Below, piece by piece: positions 1 through 13,432 of a DNA stretch of 64,000 nucleotides. The DNA is from Camelus dromedarius (Eukaryota). The first letter of the stretch is position 1, and each line of letters opens with the position of its first letter. The stretch lies in the NCBI RefSeq assembly GCF_036321535.1, contig NC_087437.1, positions 13,518,001 to 13,582,000 on the forward strand, written 5' to 3'. The notes below the pieces were generated by a model. It saw nothing but the letters and a program-made list of their open reading frames with translations, was not told where the DNA came from and ran no database searches. Position numbers and translations under genes: made by a program.

Positions 1-455
1 GGGTCCTAGACAGTATCTCTAGTTCTTAGGTAACTTTCACAAGTTGAGAAGGTAATTTCAAAATTGTTTAGATACTATAATTTTTGTTAGCAAATAAGAA
101 TCTCTTAACATTGAGAAAATTTGGAAATAAATGTAGACATGCTTAAGGGAATTATGGTATTAATATTTTGTATGATATATGTGATTGATATTTTAAGAGT
201 TTGTGGTATTTAAAATAATTTTGCCTTTGAGAGTAACATATCAGCTTTGTGATTCCAGTGTGAAATGTGTAACAGCAACTGATTTAAATGTGTGACTTGA
301 GGTTGAAATTTCACTACGCATATATACAATGTGAGACTGCTTAATACAAATTTAAAATTTCTATTTTTTATAAGCTTAATTTCCAGATTTGAAAAGGTGG
401 TTTAGGTACTTAAGAATATTTTTCGCATGCCAGTTATCTGAAGGTCTTAAAAAAG

Positions 456-503
456 AAATTTAATGTATTAATTAATTAATTAATGTATTAATACATTAAA
501 TTT
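456..503. repeat. AT-rich inverted repeat / palindrome
   Basis: AAATTTAATGTATTA (456-470) is the reverse complement of TAATACATTAAATTT (489-503). TTAATGTATTAATACATTAA (480-499) is a perfect 20 bp palindrome. Confidence 0.9.
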
Positions 504-2734
504 ATAAATTGAATTTATAATGTTCAAAAGAGTTTAAAATTTAAAGTTATAAATAGAACAGAATATTAGTCGAAGTCCCTTTAAAACTGAGTGGTATAGA
601 GTGGTATATTTTGCTAAATTTATAAGTAAAATAAAAAGATATGTAAGTATAACTTAAAATGAGAAAAAACTAGAATATTTAATTAATTTTAATACATTAA
701 ATATTAATATGAAATAACAATTGGATAATCTTTCTATTAATGTCTTCCTAGGGAACCCCAAATCTTGCCTTAACAGTTCATTAAACTAATTTCTTCAGCC
801 TTCTTTTGGTGAATATCCCATAAGAACCGGATGTCAGGTCATGTGAGCACTGAAATTAAACAGGAGAATGACTCCAGGTAACTCAGATTTTCACACATAG
901 CGTTGTCTACAATGGACAAAGTGTAAATACAGTCTCCTCCCTCAGAAATGCCCACTGTCTCAGAGGAATAAAAGAAGATAAGGAGAGGGAAGAAAGAAAA
1001 GAAAAGAAAAAATAACACAAAGTAACAGTAACAGGAAAATTAAACAAACAAACAAAAAAACAAACAAAGCAGAATTCACCAACCTGAACTGAAGTCAGCC
1101 AGTTGGGAAGGCTGAGTCTGAGGTTCGTACCTCAAGCAGAAACCAAAGCATGACTGGGAAGTGCTGTTCCAGCGTGATGAGGAGTGACTGATCCTAATCG
1201 CTAAGCATCAAGCCATGTCATATGCATTACGAAAAAGAAAACTGGAGTGAGAACAGGAACTACAGAGAAGTGGCAAGTATTCAACATTCACGAGAGTATT
1301 TCAGGAGATATTTCGTTGCTTGGTGCATATACGTTATGTCTGTCCATAGGGAGTGAAAATGACCATCTGTAGTCAGTTACAAGTACCAAAATACAGTGAC
1401 ATGAAAGGTAATTTCAAATAAATCACAGCCTTGTATTATGTGAATACATACAATAAATGCCTTATTTTGAATATATAGAATGGAGTCTACAATTTTATTA
1501 ACGAACACTTAGCTGCTCACCAATAAATGTTAAACAAAAACAAAGAACATCAGTTTGAATGGTGAGCTGAGTTATGGCCTATTGGCTACGTGTCTCAGTC
1601 TAGCCCTCTTATTTAGCCAGGGGTAGAACAGGAAAATATGCTACAGGAAAATATGATACTCAAAACGCATAATAGAGACTATACTCCCCCAAACGAAATC
1701 AACATTTCATTTATTTGGCACCACTGTGATTCCAGAAGCACCCTGCTTTCTCTCCCTCCTTTTCTAGTTAATCCCGCTTTGGTGTTTCCGGTAGCATTTA
1801 ATAATCTAATTTGCTACTAAAGATTACACTGTTTTAAGTTTTCTTCCAGCAGATTTTTATTTTAAGGGAAGAAAGAGAAGGCCCCGAATTTCAGCTATTT
1901 CAAAAACCTATTTCAAGGTGTTTGAACATTTCCATTTTCTGAACTTTGAAGATACACTTTGATCTGGATAGAATATAATCATTTGAAAACACAATTTAAC
2001 AGTCTCCTTGCCCAACCCATTTAAGACAGTGCATCTGAGGAACAAATAATTTACATTTACTGAATTCCTTCCAGGTGCCAAACAAGCTCGAGCTAGACCC
2101 CCTCAGAGGTACAATTTTGTTCTCTCTCTTCCTTTGGTATCTGGCACTAAGTCATGCTTGGCAGGAGTTTGCTAAAATGCACCAATTTACTGACCTAAAG
2201 GAGTCACCATATTTAAAAGGTCCAAATCCTAACTACCACAGAGAACCGAGAGCTGTAACAGAAGCCTTCACAAAGTACTAGGAAACAAGGCAGAGAAAAT
2301 GATGACTTGTCCCAGAGATGGGAGATGCAGGTAACTGTAATTCTAGGGACTTCAACTACACTTGGGTCAAATTTCCATAAGCTTCTATGGCACTAGGAAT
2401 TTTCAGTGGACATTCTTACTTAAATGGTATGGTTTCATTTATAAATTCAGTGTAAAAAGCTGAAATCTGTGTAGGAAGGAAAATGTGAAAAGAGGAAGAC
2501 ACGAAGCAGAGAACAGAATAAGCATTCTGACAGTAATGGGTCATGTCAGGCTACATCCGCCAAAATGAGATTGCTCTAGAGAGAACCAAGTTTATAAATC
2601 AGCTAAGGCTAAGTTAGACCACACATTTATGCCAAACTGTTATGATTCTACAAAGGCTAGTGTTAAAATTGGTGTAGATTCCTGGGTCCCTGGAAGATCA
2701 GGTTTAGTTTGGGTGGGCCTGGCCTTTTGCCTTT

Positions 2735-3070
2735 AAAAAAGTACTATACAATAAAATACTACCCAGCAAAGAAAAAGAGCAAATCATTAATATACCCAAG
2801 AATGGATTAATCTCAATATGTTGAGCTAAAGAACCTAGACTCAGGAGTGTACTGTATGTTTCCATTTGTAAGAAGTTCAAGAACAGACGAAACCAATCTA
2901 TGGTGTTAGAAATTACAAGCGTGTGTCCAGAGAGGATAGTGAATGTTGTGACACAGAAATATTCTACATCCTTACACGGTAAGTGGCTGTTACATGGGTG
3001 TATACATTTGCGAAAATTCATTGAGCTTTACCCTTAAGAGTTGAGCAATTTCAATAATATTTAAATTACA
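2735..3070 (+). mobile_element. Ancient L1M (L1MD/ME-like) 3' end fragment
   Basis: Degenerate old-L1 3' motifs: ATGGATTAATCTCAATATGTTGAG, TACTGTATGTTTCCATTTGTAAGAAGTTCAAGAACAGACGAAACCAATCTATGGTGTTAGAA. Confidence 0.7.
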
Positions 3071-3099
3071 TTTTAATAAGGCATTTTAGCATAAAAAAC

Positions 3100-3930
3100 A
3101 GAGAAATAAGGGGAAACTACTGTACACCACAGTGGAACTATGTGGCTAAATTGAAAATGATGCAAACAACCTGGTGTTGCAAAGATTTTGCAGCAGCTGG
3201 AACTGTCATACACCACTGCTGAAATATGAATTTGTATAATAATGTTGGTAAAAGTGTTTGGCAGTTTCTCCAAAACTAAATATACACCTATGTGATGGCC
3301 CAGCAAATCCACTCCTAAGTATACACACCCAGCAAAAATGCTTACATAAGTATACCAAACCTATGTATGTGAATTTTTCTATATTTTTGCAATTAGCCTC
3401 CAACTGGAAACTGCTCAAATATTTATCAAAGGTAGAATAGAAAGAGAGATCGTGGGTCAGCAACACAGTGGAAAACTGTACAGCGATGAGAAGAGTGATA
3501 ATTTTACGTACCAACATGAGTGAATTTTGCTAATATAAAATTTAGCAAAAGGAGCTAGACACAGAGGAGTGCCTACTGAATGGTCCCATTAATATAACGT
3601 AACAAAATAATATTGGGCTGTATACCAGAAATTGACACAACATTGTAAACTGACTATACCTCAATTAAAAAAAACAATTAAGCAACAAAATGGACAAAAT
3701 TTTTTTACAATGTTAAAAAGTAAAATAGTTTTACCCCTGGCGATATTGTGACTAGAAAGAAGCAGGAGGGGGACTTTGGGGGTGCCGGCCATATTTTCTT
3801 TCTTGGTCTGGGTTCTGGTTACACAAATGTATTCAATTTGTTAAAAATTATGGAGCTGTACAATTATTATAGGTGACAGGTGTACCTTCCTGTATGTGGT
3901 ATATACATATATGTTCTGATTTTTTTTAAG
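3100..3930 (+). mobile_element. Ancient L1M (L1ME-like) ORF2 end and 3' UTR, interrupted by a young L1 tip
   Basis: GGCAGTTTCT..AAAACTAAATATACACCTA, CCCAGCAAATCCACTCCTAAGTATA and AACTGGAAACTGCTCAAATATTTATCAA resemble the end of old L1 ORF2. Confidence 0.7.
3609..3683 (+). mobile_element. Ultra-short 3' tip of the younger L1 family
   Basis: CCAGAAATTGACACAACATTGTAAACTGACTATACCTCAATTAAAAAAAA matches the tail of the 28886-31303 L1. Candidate TSD AACAAAAT at 3601-3608 and 3684-3691. Confidence 0.8.
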
Positions 3931-4572
3931 TAAAAACAAAAAGTGTTTGTCTGTATTCACCATCTTTTGCTCTTTCTGCTAATCTGCCTTTTACTTTGGA
4001 CCTACAACCAACCTTCTCTATTTTCTTAGCAGCCACTTACTTAGTATCTTTTCAGTTTGGGCTCCTTCTCTCCAAGTGTTCTCTATTATACTGCCTCATA
4101 TAAGGCCCAGTGGTGCTTCAGACCAAGTTGCAGCTAAGAAATTTCCTTAGTCAACTATCTGAATATCCCAATGTCTAACCCAATGTCTAGCTCATAATAG
4201 ACACTCAACATTTGTTTAATAAATAAACACATACAGAACAAATATCATCAGATGCTCCCAATAGCTGTTCTCTACTGTCCTCATCTGGGTATTTATACTT
4301 TGATCCTAACAAGTCTTGGATAGGTGGACGGGAAAGCATTACCTTAACTGACTGAGAGCCAGCAGAGGTGAAGAATTTGTATAAGCATATCCAGTTCCCC
4401 TGTCTGCTCCCTGTACTGCATGAGGAAAACCAACATGGAAGCTGCATGGCAGCTACTACTGTGTCATCATCAGGGTCATGGTTGGTAACATTGCTGTGTT
4501 ATAACTGGGGAGTCTTTTATGGTGTGACTCCCTCAGGTATAGTAAGAAGAATCTAATGGCTTATCAACTGTG

Positions 4573-4990
4573 TCATTAATGAGTACAGCTGCAAATAATG
4601 AAAATGTAACCCCAATGGTTTAAAATAGATGAGATTATTTGTCTTCATAATATCAAATCTGGAATTAGGTGCTTTAGGGCCAGTGCAATGGCTCAAAATT
4701 CCGAGTTCTTCTGTCATTCTGTTTTGCTGTCTTGTGTGTACTCTTCAATGCCTGTAGCCTCATGGTTACAGGATGGCTGCTGTAGCCTCATCTTTGCATT
4801 TTAGAGGTTAGGGTTAGGGGTGGAGGAGGAGAAAAGAAAGAGAAAGAAATGACACCAAGAAAACTCGCACCTACATTTTGCTGGGTTGCATGATTATGAT
4901 GGAATCCGAGCTTCAAGGAATTCAAAAAACAGAGTCTTTCTAGTAGGCACAGATAAAAGAGATAGTAGGTAGAAGTGGAATTTGAATCTA
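4573..4990 (-). mobile_element. Old MaLR LTR (MLT1-like)
   Basis: CAGCTGCAAATAATGAAAA..AATGGTTTAAA and CTCATGGTTACAGGATGGCTGCTGTAGC resemble antisense MLT1K/L-type LTR motifs. Confidence 0.5.
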
Positions 4991-5468
4991 TACCCCACAA
5001 AGTTGCTTTACTAACATTAGGGCAACATAGGGTGTTACTATCACAAACGATTATCTAGTCACCCATTGGATTCTTAATCTCTCATTAAAAAATGGTACCA
5101 GTGGAGACTGTTTAATGGGAAAATCCTGTGATGGAAGTTAAGTAAGCTTGCACATATAAAAATATTGCAACTTAAAAAATATAGTTAGGTATAGAGACTA
5201 AGATTGGAAGGAGATACGTAAGAATAAAAACATTCTTATATTTAGATAGTGAGATTAAAGATAATTCTTTTAAAAACTTAAGTTATTCTAATTTCATAAT
5301 GTTTTTACAAACACAAAGGACTATAAAATGCTTTTATGTGCTTAAAACAATAACAGAGTCACTTTTATTAGAAAGAAGAGACACCCTTGTTTGTAAAACA
5401 TTATTTGTGAGAAAATGGCCCTTAAAAACAATGTTATGTTTAAAATTTACTCAAAAAAAATTAGTCTC

Positions 5469-5629
5469 GGGATGGGTGGTGTGGAGCATATAGCTCAGTG
5501 GTAGAGTGCGTGCTTAGCATGCATGAGGTCTTGGGTTCAATCCCCAGTATCTCCATTAATAAATAAATAAACAAATCTAATTATCTTCCCCTCAAAACAA
5601 AACAACAACAACAAAACAAAACAAAAAAA
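5469..5629 (+). mobile_element. tRNA-Ala(AGC)-derived SINE, Vic-1-like (camelid)
   Basis: 5484-5555 aligns to tRNA-Ala. Pol III A box TAGCTCAGTGG at 5491-5501, anticodon arm GTGCTTAGCATGCA, B box GGTTCAATCC at 5534-5543. It has a G-rich leader and an AT-rich/(CAAAA)n tail. The acceptor stem is broken, so it is not a tRNA gene. Confidence 0.85.
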
Positions 5630-6403
5630 TTTTTTTTTAAATAGTTTCTCCAATAATCAGAACAAAGGAGTCTCAGAGAAACTGTGACGTATGTCAACTA
5701 CATTCACTGATTATTCAAGCTCTCTAGGACAATTTCTTTGTTTATGATTCTGGCTTCTCTGAGAATATCGACTGTCTAGTATAATTGTATAGAGATGACA
5801 GAGCATGAGTGTAGGCAGAAAATGAGTGGGTGAACATGGAAATAAAAGATGCTAGGTTCCATATTCATGAAGACAAGTTTTGCTTGGAAAAGATCTGGGA
5901 GAGCAGGGCTGCAAATGTTGCCTGAAGACTAATGGCCTGGAAGGTACTATTTTGAGTGGAAATGAGAAAATATTCCCTAAGCCAACGTTAATGATGAATG
6001 GTGCTCGTTGGAGTGCTTGTTTGCTTATTAGTCACTGGGTTTTGTACAAGATGCAGGTCTTTCTGGCAATCAGTCCAGGCTGGCACTTTTTTCCAGAGTG
6101 GTGAATGGAAAATTTTTTCACTGACAGGAAAAAGGGTGGAAATCGTGATTACTATCAGTTAGATAAAAAGCTAGTATGAGTTGAGTGGTTTTCTTTATTT
6201 TTAGTGGGAAATGAAACAGGTGAGAGACAGACAAAGAAATGGTTCATATTAGTGTCCACAGAAATTCATTAAACATTTAAGGAGGAAATAGACTTATTGG
6301 TGTTCATAAAAATTGATATACTTGAGGATGGGGACCTCAATTTATTTTGTCTTCTGTGCTGGTTAAATCCATGTTTAATACATGGTTAAAATAGTGTCCA
6401 ATT

Positions 6404-9075
6404 CAGCTTCATCCTGATACCAAAGTCAAGTGACAATATCATACACAAAAAAACCAAAATTACAGGCCATTATTACTGACTTACATAGATGTAAATATCT
6501 TCAACAAAATATTAGCAAACCAAATTCAACAATACATTAAAAGGATTATAAACCATGATCAAATGGATTTACTCCAGGGATGCAAGGATGGTTCAAAATC
6601 CAGAAATCAATAATGTGATACACCACATTAACAAACTGAGGAATAAAAATCATATGATTGTCTCAATAAATGCAGAAAAAGCTTTTGACAAAATTCAATA
6701 TCTATTTATAATAAAAACTCTCCATAATGTGGGTGTAGAGGTAATATAGTTCAACATTTTAAAGGCCATATATAGCAAGCTCACAACTAACATTATACTC
6801 AATGGTGAACAGTGGAAAGCATTTCCTGTAAGATCAGGAACAAGACAGGGTTGCCTACTCTCACCACTATTATTCAGCATAGTATTGGAAGTCTTATTCA
6901 CAGCACTCAGACAAGAAAAAGAAATGCAAGATATCCATATCAAAAAGAAAGGGGTAAAACCGTCCCTATTTGCAGATGACATGATATTATACATACAAAA
7001 TCCTAAAGATACCACCAACGAACTACTAGAATTCATCAATAAATTCAGTAATGTTGCCAGATACAAAATTAATGTATAGAAATCTGCTGCATTTCTATAC
7101 ACTAACAACAAAATATCGGAAAGATAAATTAGGGAAACAATCCCATTTACAACCAAATTTTAAAAGAATAAAATACCTATGGATAAATCTAATTGAAGAA
7201 CTAAAAGACTCAGATAATTCTAAGACACTGATGAAAGAAAATGAAGATCACACAGATGGAAAGATATACCATGTTCGTTGATTGAAAGAATTAATAAAAA
7301 TGCCCATACTGCCCAAGGCAATCTAGATTCAATGAAATTCCTATCGAAATACAAGTAACATTTTTCACAGAACTAGAACAAATAATTCTAAAATTTGTAT
7401 GCAAACACAAAAGACTGAAAAAACAAAACCATCTTGAGAAAGAACAAAGCTGGAGGTATCATGTTCCTGGATTTTAAACTATACTACAAAACTATAGTAA
7501 TCAAAACAATATGATACTGGCACAAAAATAGATACATAGCTCAATGGAACAGAATAGAAGGTCCAGAAATGAGCGCACATGGATACAGGCCACTAACCTA
7601 CCACAATGGAGGCAGGAATATAAAATGTGAAAAAGGCAGCCTCTCTAATAAATGGTGTTGGGAAAACTGAACAGCTACATGCAAACGAATCAGACTGGAC
7701 TACTCTCTCATGCCATGCACAAAAATAAATTTAAAATGTATTAAAGACTTATATGTGGGACCTGAAACCACAAAATTTGGTGAAGAAAACATAAGTGTTA
7801 CTCTCTTTGACACCAGTTTTAGTCATATTTTTTTGGATATTTCTCCTCAGGCAAAGGAAACAAAAGCAAACTAAATAAATCAGACTATATCAAACCAAAA
7901 AGCTTTTGCACAGTGAAGGAAACTATCCACAAAACAAGAAGTTTGAAACCAATGTGTTTGTTAAGGGTTAATACTCAAATTATATGAAGAACTGACACAA
8001 CTCAACATCAAAAAACAAACAACCCAGTTGAAAAATGAGTAAAGTATCTGAATAGATATTTTCCCAAAGAAGATGTGCAGATGGCCAACAAGCACATGAA
8101 AAGATGCTCAACATCACTTATTAGCAGGGAAATGCAAACCAAAACCACAACGAGATACCACCTCACACCTGTCAAAACGGCCATTATAAAAACGACAACA
8201 AATAACAAGTGTGGCTCCACAAGGATGTGGAGAGAAGGGAACTCTAGTGCACTGTTGGTAGGAATGTAAACTGGCTGAGCCAGTATGGAAAACAGTATGG
8301 ATATTCCTCAAAAAATTAAAAATAGAACTACTATATGATCCAGCAATTCCACTCCTAGGTATTTATCCAAAGAAAGTAAAAACACTAATTAGAAAAGATA
8401 TAAGCACCCATATATTCATTGCAACATTTATTTACAATAGCCAAGACATGGAAACAACCTAAATGCCCATCAAGAGATGAATGGATAAAGAAGATAAATA
8501 TAGATATACATATATCCATCTATATTGTAGATATAAATATACAGATGGACTATTACATATACAATGGACTATTAGCCACAAAAAGAGAATAAAATCTTGC
8601 CATTTGCAACAACATAGAGAGTTTACTGCTAAGTGATTTCATTTATATGTGGAATCTACAAAACAAACAAACAAAAAATGAACAAACAAAACAGAAATAT
8701 AGTTACATATACAGAGAACAAACAGATGGCTGCCAGAGGGGAGGGGGATGAGGGAAGGAAAAAAATAGGTGAGGGAGATTGAGGCACAAATTCTAGTTGC
8801 AAAATAAATGGGTCAACAGATATGAAATGTCCAGCGTGGGGAATATAATCAATAACTATGTAGTGTCTTTGTGTGGTGACATATCATAGTTAGACTTATC
8901 ATGGTGATCATCTTGAAGCGTATATAAATACTGAATCACTACGTTGTGTAACAGGAACTGACGTACTGTCATAAGTCAGTTATACTTCAAAATTAAACAA
9001 ACAAAAAACTCATAGAAAAAGAGATGAGATTTGTGGTTACCAGAAGTGGGGGTGGGAGGAGGGGGAATCAGAATA
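6404..9075 (+). mobile_element. 5'-truncated older LINE-1 (ORF2 RT to C-terminus plus 3' UTR), non-functional
   Basis: ORF fragments [30 protein letters not shown] (FADD at 6969-6980) and [27 protein letters not shown]. Many frameshifts and stops. 3' UTR from about 8620. No clear tail or TSD. Confidence 0.95.
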
Positions 9076-9544
9076 AAAGGAACTTGACTGGAAAAAGGAA
9101 AAGTGTGATTATAGAGGATTCGGGGAGCAAGACAAATCATATACAGGAATAAGTATCCAGAGAAAGTTCAGTAACTTCATTTGGTAGAATTTTAGAAGCC
9201 TACAACCTTTGAGGATGATGAAGTCCATACCTTTATTTCATGGATGAGGAGAGATTACAAATCTTGTCCAGGGAGGGGTAGCGCCTGGAATAGAATACTT
9301 GTCACGAGCTTTCCAGCCTGATTTCCTTTCCATTGCACCAGGGTCATTTGGAAGGTGATGCTTGATGGTGGGAGTCAGCGATAGGCACAGAGACTGGCTG
9401 GGCAGCTTGCCCATGCAGCTCCCTACTACTCTACCTCTGGGGTTGCTACCCATCTCCCTCAGAAATGGAGAGCTCTCTTCTAATTAAATTTCACTGACCA
9501 AAACAGGTGGTTATGCCAGGAGCTACAGAGTTTTGGGCAACCTC

Positions 9545-9600
9545 TTAAGTTTTGCACCAGAGGCAAAAACCTCACTGGCCTTGCCCTCGTCCCAGCCCTG
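9545..9600. mobile_element. Possible hAT DNA transposon terminus (MER96-like)
   Basis: TTTTGCACCAGAGGCAAAAACCTCACTGGCCTTGCCCTCGTCCCAGCCCTG resembles a reverse-complemented CAGGGCTGGGACTAGGG-type terminus. Confidence 0.4.
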
Positions 9601-9982
9601 CCCCGACTTACCACTTCTTGGTTAGGAGGAAGAAATAACTAGCTCCTACAGAACAGTCCTCTACCTGGCATCTGGTAAGGTGCAAGGACTTAAGTAGCCA
9701 CAGAAAATTTAAGTCACCGTCCTCCTGTTTTCATTGGCAATTTTCCTGCATGGATTGTGTAATTTTATTTCCTATGTTTAATGCTCAAGATTCTCCAGTG
9801 ATGATATATTAGAGAAGAAAATATTGCCCATTTACTTTAAAAAGTTCTCAAGATACTTATAAAGAATCAAAACTAACATAATTTAATGAGCTGCAGGAGA
9901 GAGGGTGAAACTGGTCAGAAAGAAAAAAATGGGAGGATAATTTTCCTCAAGCTTCCATGAAAAAGCCCAATTATAGCCAAGA

Positions 9983-10275
9983 GACTATGGGGGCTCACAC
10001 CAGGTGTTGCAGTGGAAATGAGGAGAAACCATCAGGTTTTGGATATGTTTAGATACATACCCAATAGGATGTCCTACTGGATTGAATATAGGATATGAGA
10101 GGAAGACTAGAGTTGGCATTGATTCCACAGTTTTGGTCTGAGCAACTGAGGATAGAATTATCATCAACTAAAGTGGAGAAATTCCTGAAAGGAGCAGGTT
10201 TGATAGGAGGATTAAGTCTTCAGTTTGGGATTTGTTAAATTTGAAAACACAATCACTGAGTAGGCAGTTGGACAT
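9983..10275 (-). mobile_element. L2 fragment
   Basis: TTTTGGTCTGAGCAACTG, TTCAGTTTGGGATTTGTTAAATTTGA and GAGTAGGCAGTTGGACATA are typical antisense L2 motifs. Confidence 0.75.
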
Positions 10276-10404
10276 AAATTCATATAATAATAATAACAAC
10301 AGTAATAGAATTCCTTGAGTGTCAGATACACTTTTAAGTAATTTATATTAGTATTAGTATTATTTTATTATCCCCATTTTATAGATAAGGTCAGAGAGGT
10401 TAAG

Positions 10405-10780
10405 TGTTTTAGTCTTTCGGGGCTGCTATGAAAAAATAAAGCCATACATTGGGTGGTTTAAACAGCAAGCACTTGTTTCTCACTATTCCAGAGGATGCAA
10501 AGTCCAAGATAAAGGTGCCAGCAGGTTCAGTATCTGGTGAGAGCTCGCTCCCTGGGTCATAGATGGCTACCTTCTCACTGTATACTCACAGGGCAGAAAG
10601 TGCAAAGGAGCTCTCGGGGGTCCCTTTTAAAAGGGCACTAATCTCGTTCATGCGGTCTCCACCTTCATGATCTAATCACCTTTGAAATCCCCTCCCAACC
10701 ACCTCCAAGTGCCATCGCACTGGGATTAGGACTCAACATTAGGATTCAATTTTGGAGACAAACATATTCAGCCCATAGTA
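10405..10780 (-). mobile_element. MaLR solo LTR (MLT1A-like)
   Basis: GGGCTGCTAT, AAGTCCAAGATAAAGGTGCCAGCAGGTTCAGTATCTGGTGAG, CATGATCTAATCACCT, ending ATTCAGCCCATAGTA. Candidate 5 bp TSD TTAAG/CTAAG. Confidence 0.85.
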
Positions 10781-10800
10781 CTAAGTAATTTTGCTTAGGT

Positions 10801-11024
10801 CAGGGGTTGATAAACTACAGCCTGTGGACTAAATCCAGCCCAATACATGTTTTGTTTCTTTTTTTAAGTAAAGTTTTATTGGAACACGGTCATACTCATT
10901 TGTTTATATAATGCGAGTAGCTGCTCTCATCTACAGTGGTAGAGTTGAGTAGTTGTGACAGAAACTACATGGCCCACAAAGCCAAAATATTTATTATTAA
11001 CAATGAAAATTTTTTTGCCAGCTG
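10801..11024 (+). mobile_element. MER58A-like hAT-Charlie MITE
   Basis: Starts CAGGGGTTGATAAACTACAGCCTGTGG and contains TAAAGTTTTATTGGAACAC and AGAGTTGAGTAGTTGTGACAGA..GGCCCACAAAGCCAAAATATTTA. Confidence 0.85.
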
Positions 11025-13432
11025 ATTCGGGTGATTCACTAGTCAGGGGTAGAATCTAGTTTTGAACCCAGCCAGACTGACCTGAGAACACACAGACTGG
11101 CCTCTGTGCTCTCCTTTTTCCCAGTAGTATGCAGTCTTTTCGAATTTTCAAGACAACACTCAACTTTATTTTTCTTTCTCTGGAAACAATTGGGCCCATA
11201 TTTTTGGCCCTAATTCCAATCCTATCACACACTTGGGGTAGAATAAACACATTTTATGTGTGTGTGTGTAAATCATGATTAGGGGCTCGGATCCAGAGAA
11301 ATGAAGTATGTCTAGATATCTCATGCACTCTTTCTTGGAGTAAAAGGAGCATGATGAGGGCTTCAGTGTAGAAGGGAAAAGGGGATCATTGGTGGAAACC
11401 CAAGGAGAAGAGATGCCAAATCAGAAGGTTTAGAAACCTTGGGGCCCAGACTTCAGAGGGGGGCTTGGCAGTGTGGAAAATGCTGAGGTATACAGACCAG
11501 CACAAGGACGCTGCAGAGTCACTATTGTCCTGCCGAGGAGTGTGAAGGAGCTCACCAATCCTGAGGTTCCCGCTGGGGTGAAATTTGCTAAGGCTGGCTA
11601 GCTTCCCTTGAGCAAGTCACAATGTCACCTGTTTCATACCCAGAGACCCTGCAAGTCACTTCTTAAGTTGCAATGTAAGCAGGCCAACATCTTGCCCATG
11701 CTTCGTATCACTGACAGTCATAGTTTTGGGCTACTCTGTGAGGGTCTCTTCCATGACCCATGTCAGCATATTTGAAAGCATAAAAGGGGCCCAAGGACAT
11801 TGGAGGGTTATTGGTGTTAGGTAATTGTTCCTGAAATTCGGACTTAAATGGAGCAGGCTAAGAACACCCCACACTGATGTTGGGAGTTGGAATCTTTTCA
11901 TATAAGAGGATTAAATAAAATTAATGGATCACTTAAATGAACTGTTCATTACAGTGCCTGGTATATGGTAGGTTGACAATAATGATAATGGAGGAAGTAA
12001 CAGAAAGGACACTGCTGTCTGGGCAGTGGAGGAGGGAGACTAGATACATAAGGCTCTGGATTTTAGAGAATCTCTAGAATCTTTTACCAGATTGGTAAGA
12101 AACTCCATTTTGTGAACACCAAGGGACCTGCTAAAGAGATTGAAATTAATTTGTTGGCCTTTACCCTGAAGGCAGATCAACACCCCCCATGTTTATTCTA
12201 CCCATTTGCTCAGCAAACCCTTTGAACCATATATATTTGGTCTACAGTGAAAAGATAAATTTCAGCCCAACCTCTGGAATTGTAGATGAGAAGATGCCAC
12301 AACAGCACAGTGTGTCTGTTGTAGGATGAAGCTATGATACTGGTGACAGAATCACTTTCTGAGCCAGGAGCAGAGTTTGTATCCAAGGCTACAGTGTTAA
12401 CGGTAGAATTAAAAAGTGTCAGGACTAGACAGTCCTGGATCTTTTATAGCAACTATAGCACCTCAAGGCCAGTGTTTCCTCTATGGTTGTCAGTTTTATT
12501 GAACTGCACACTGAGTGGCTGGATTTGCTCTTCATAAATATTCAGCAAGCATGCAACTGGTAATCAGCAATCCCGTCAATGCCAGACAGAGTGGTTGGGG
12601 AATTAAACCTTTTAGGGAGGATATGACTATCAAGGATCTGTCGTGTCTACCTAGGGATAAATGAAAACCTCTCCTGATCATTTTTCAAATCCCAACCAGT
12701 GTCCTCTTATCTTCTAATCCCCTATCTACATTTTACACCTGGTGGGAGTTCTTTTCTCTGAACTACAGCTAACGTGGAGGTAAACAAAAAGAAATTTCAT
12801 TGTGCTTTTCCCAAATCCCACCTATAATACCAGGAATCATGTTTTTTCAAGTAGTCTTTCTTTGCAACTCAAATCCAAATTTAATTCAGTTCAGTTTGAC
12901 AAATATTTAGCAAACATTTTCAATGCTTCTAGAACCTTGCTGGCTATTTTCTGGGGACCAGGACTGCCCAAGGTATGGAGATTGCTGGAATAAATGCCTA
13001 AAATGCTTCCTGCTAAAGAAAACTTTAGGTTTAAAGCCTCTCATAGAGTCTAAAATTGTGCTGAAATGGGTGAAAGTTGTCAAGCAGGTTGTCTTCAACA
13101 AAGACTCCCAGGAGGAGGCTATAATCGGGTTAACATTTTGAAAAATACTTGACAATGTGGTTGTGTCATTTCACTTAATGATGAGCAGGCACTAGGGTAC
13201 TGATTGCCCCAGATCTGACACTCTGTTTGTATCTCCATTATTGCACCTACAGTATTGTTTGCAACTCTCTCCCCTGCTAGGTCTGAGAGTAAGAAATCTA
13301 GTAGTCATCTTTATTAACTCAGATGCATGGTACAGTGCCTGGACCAAAAGAGATGGTTATTAAATGCTAATGTATTAAATAAAAAGACAAGTGAATATGT
13401 AATTGTCAGAATAGGGGATTGACAACATTACT

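Larger units (their letters stand above)
10300..11100 (-). mobile_element. MIR interrupted by MLT1A and MER58 insertions
   Basis: Reads TCCCCATTTTATAGATAAGGTCAGAGAGGTTAAG [MLT1A] TAATTTTGCTTAGGT [MER58] CACTAGT..AGAATCTAGTTTTGAACCCAGCCAGACTGAC. Confidence 0.7.

Noticed and set aside
752..877. Possible coding exon (CCTAG acceptor to CAG|GTAACT donor)
   Set aside because: Stop codons in all three plus-strand frames.
5484..5555. Functional tRNA-Ala gene
   Set aside because: The acceptor and T stems are mismatched, and it has a G-rich leader and an A-rich tail. It fits a tRNA-derived SINE.
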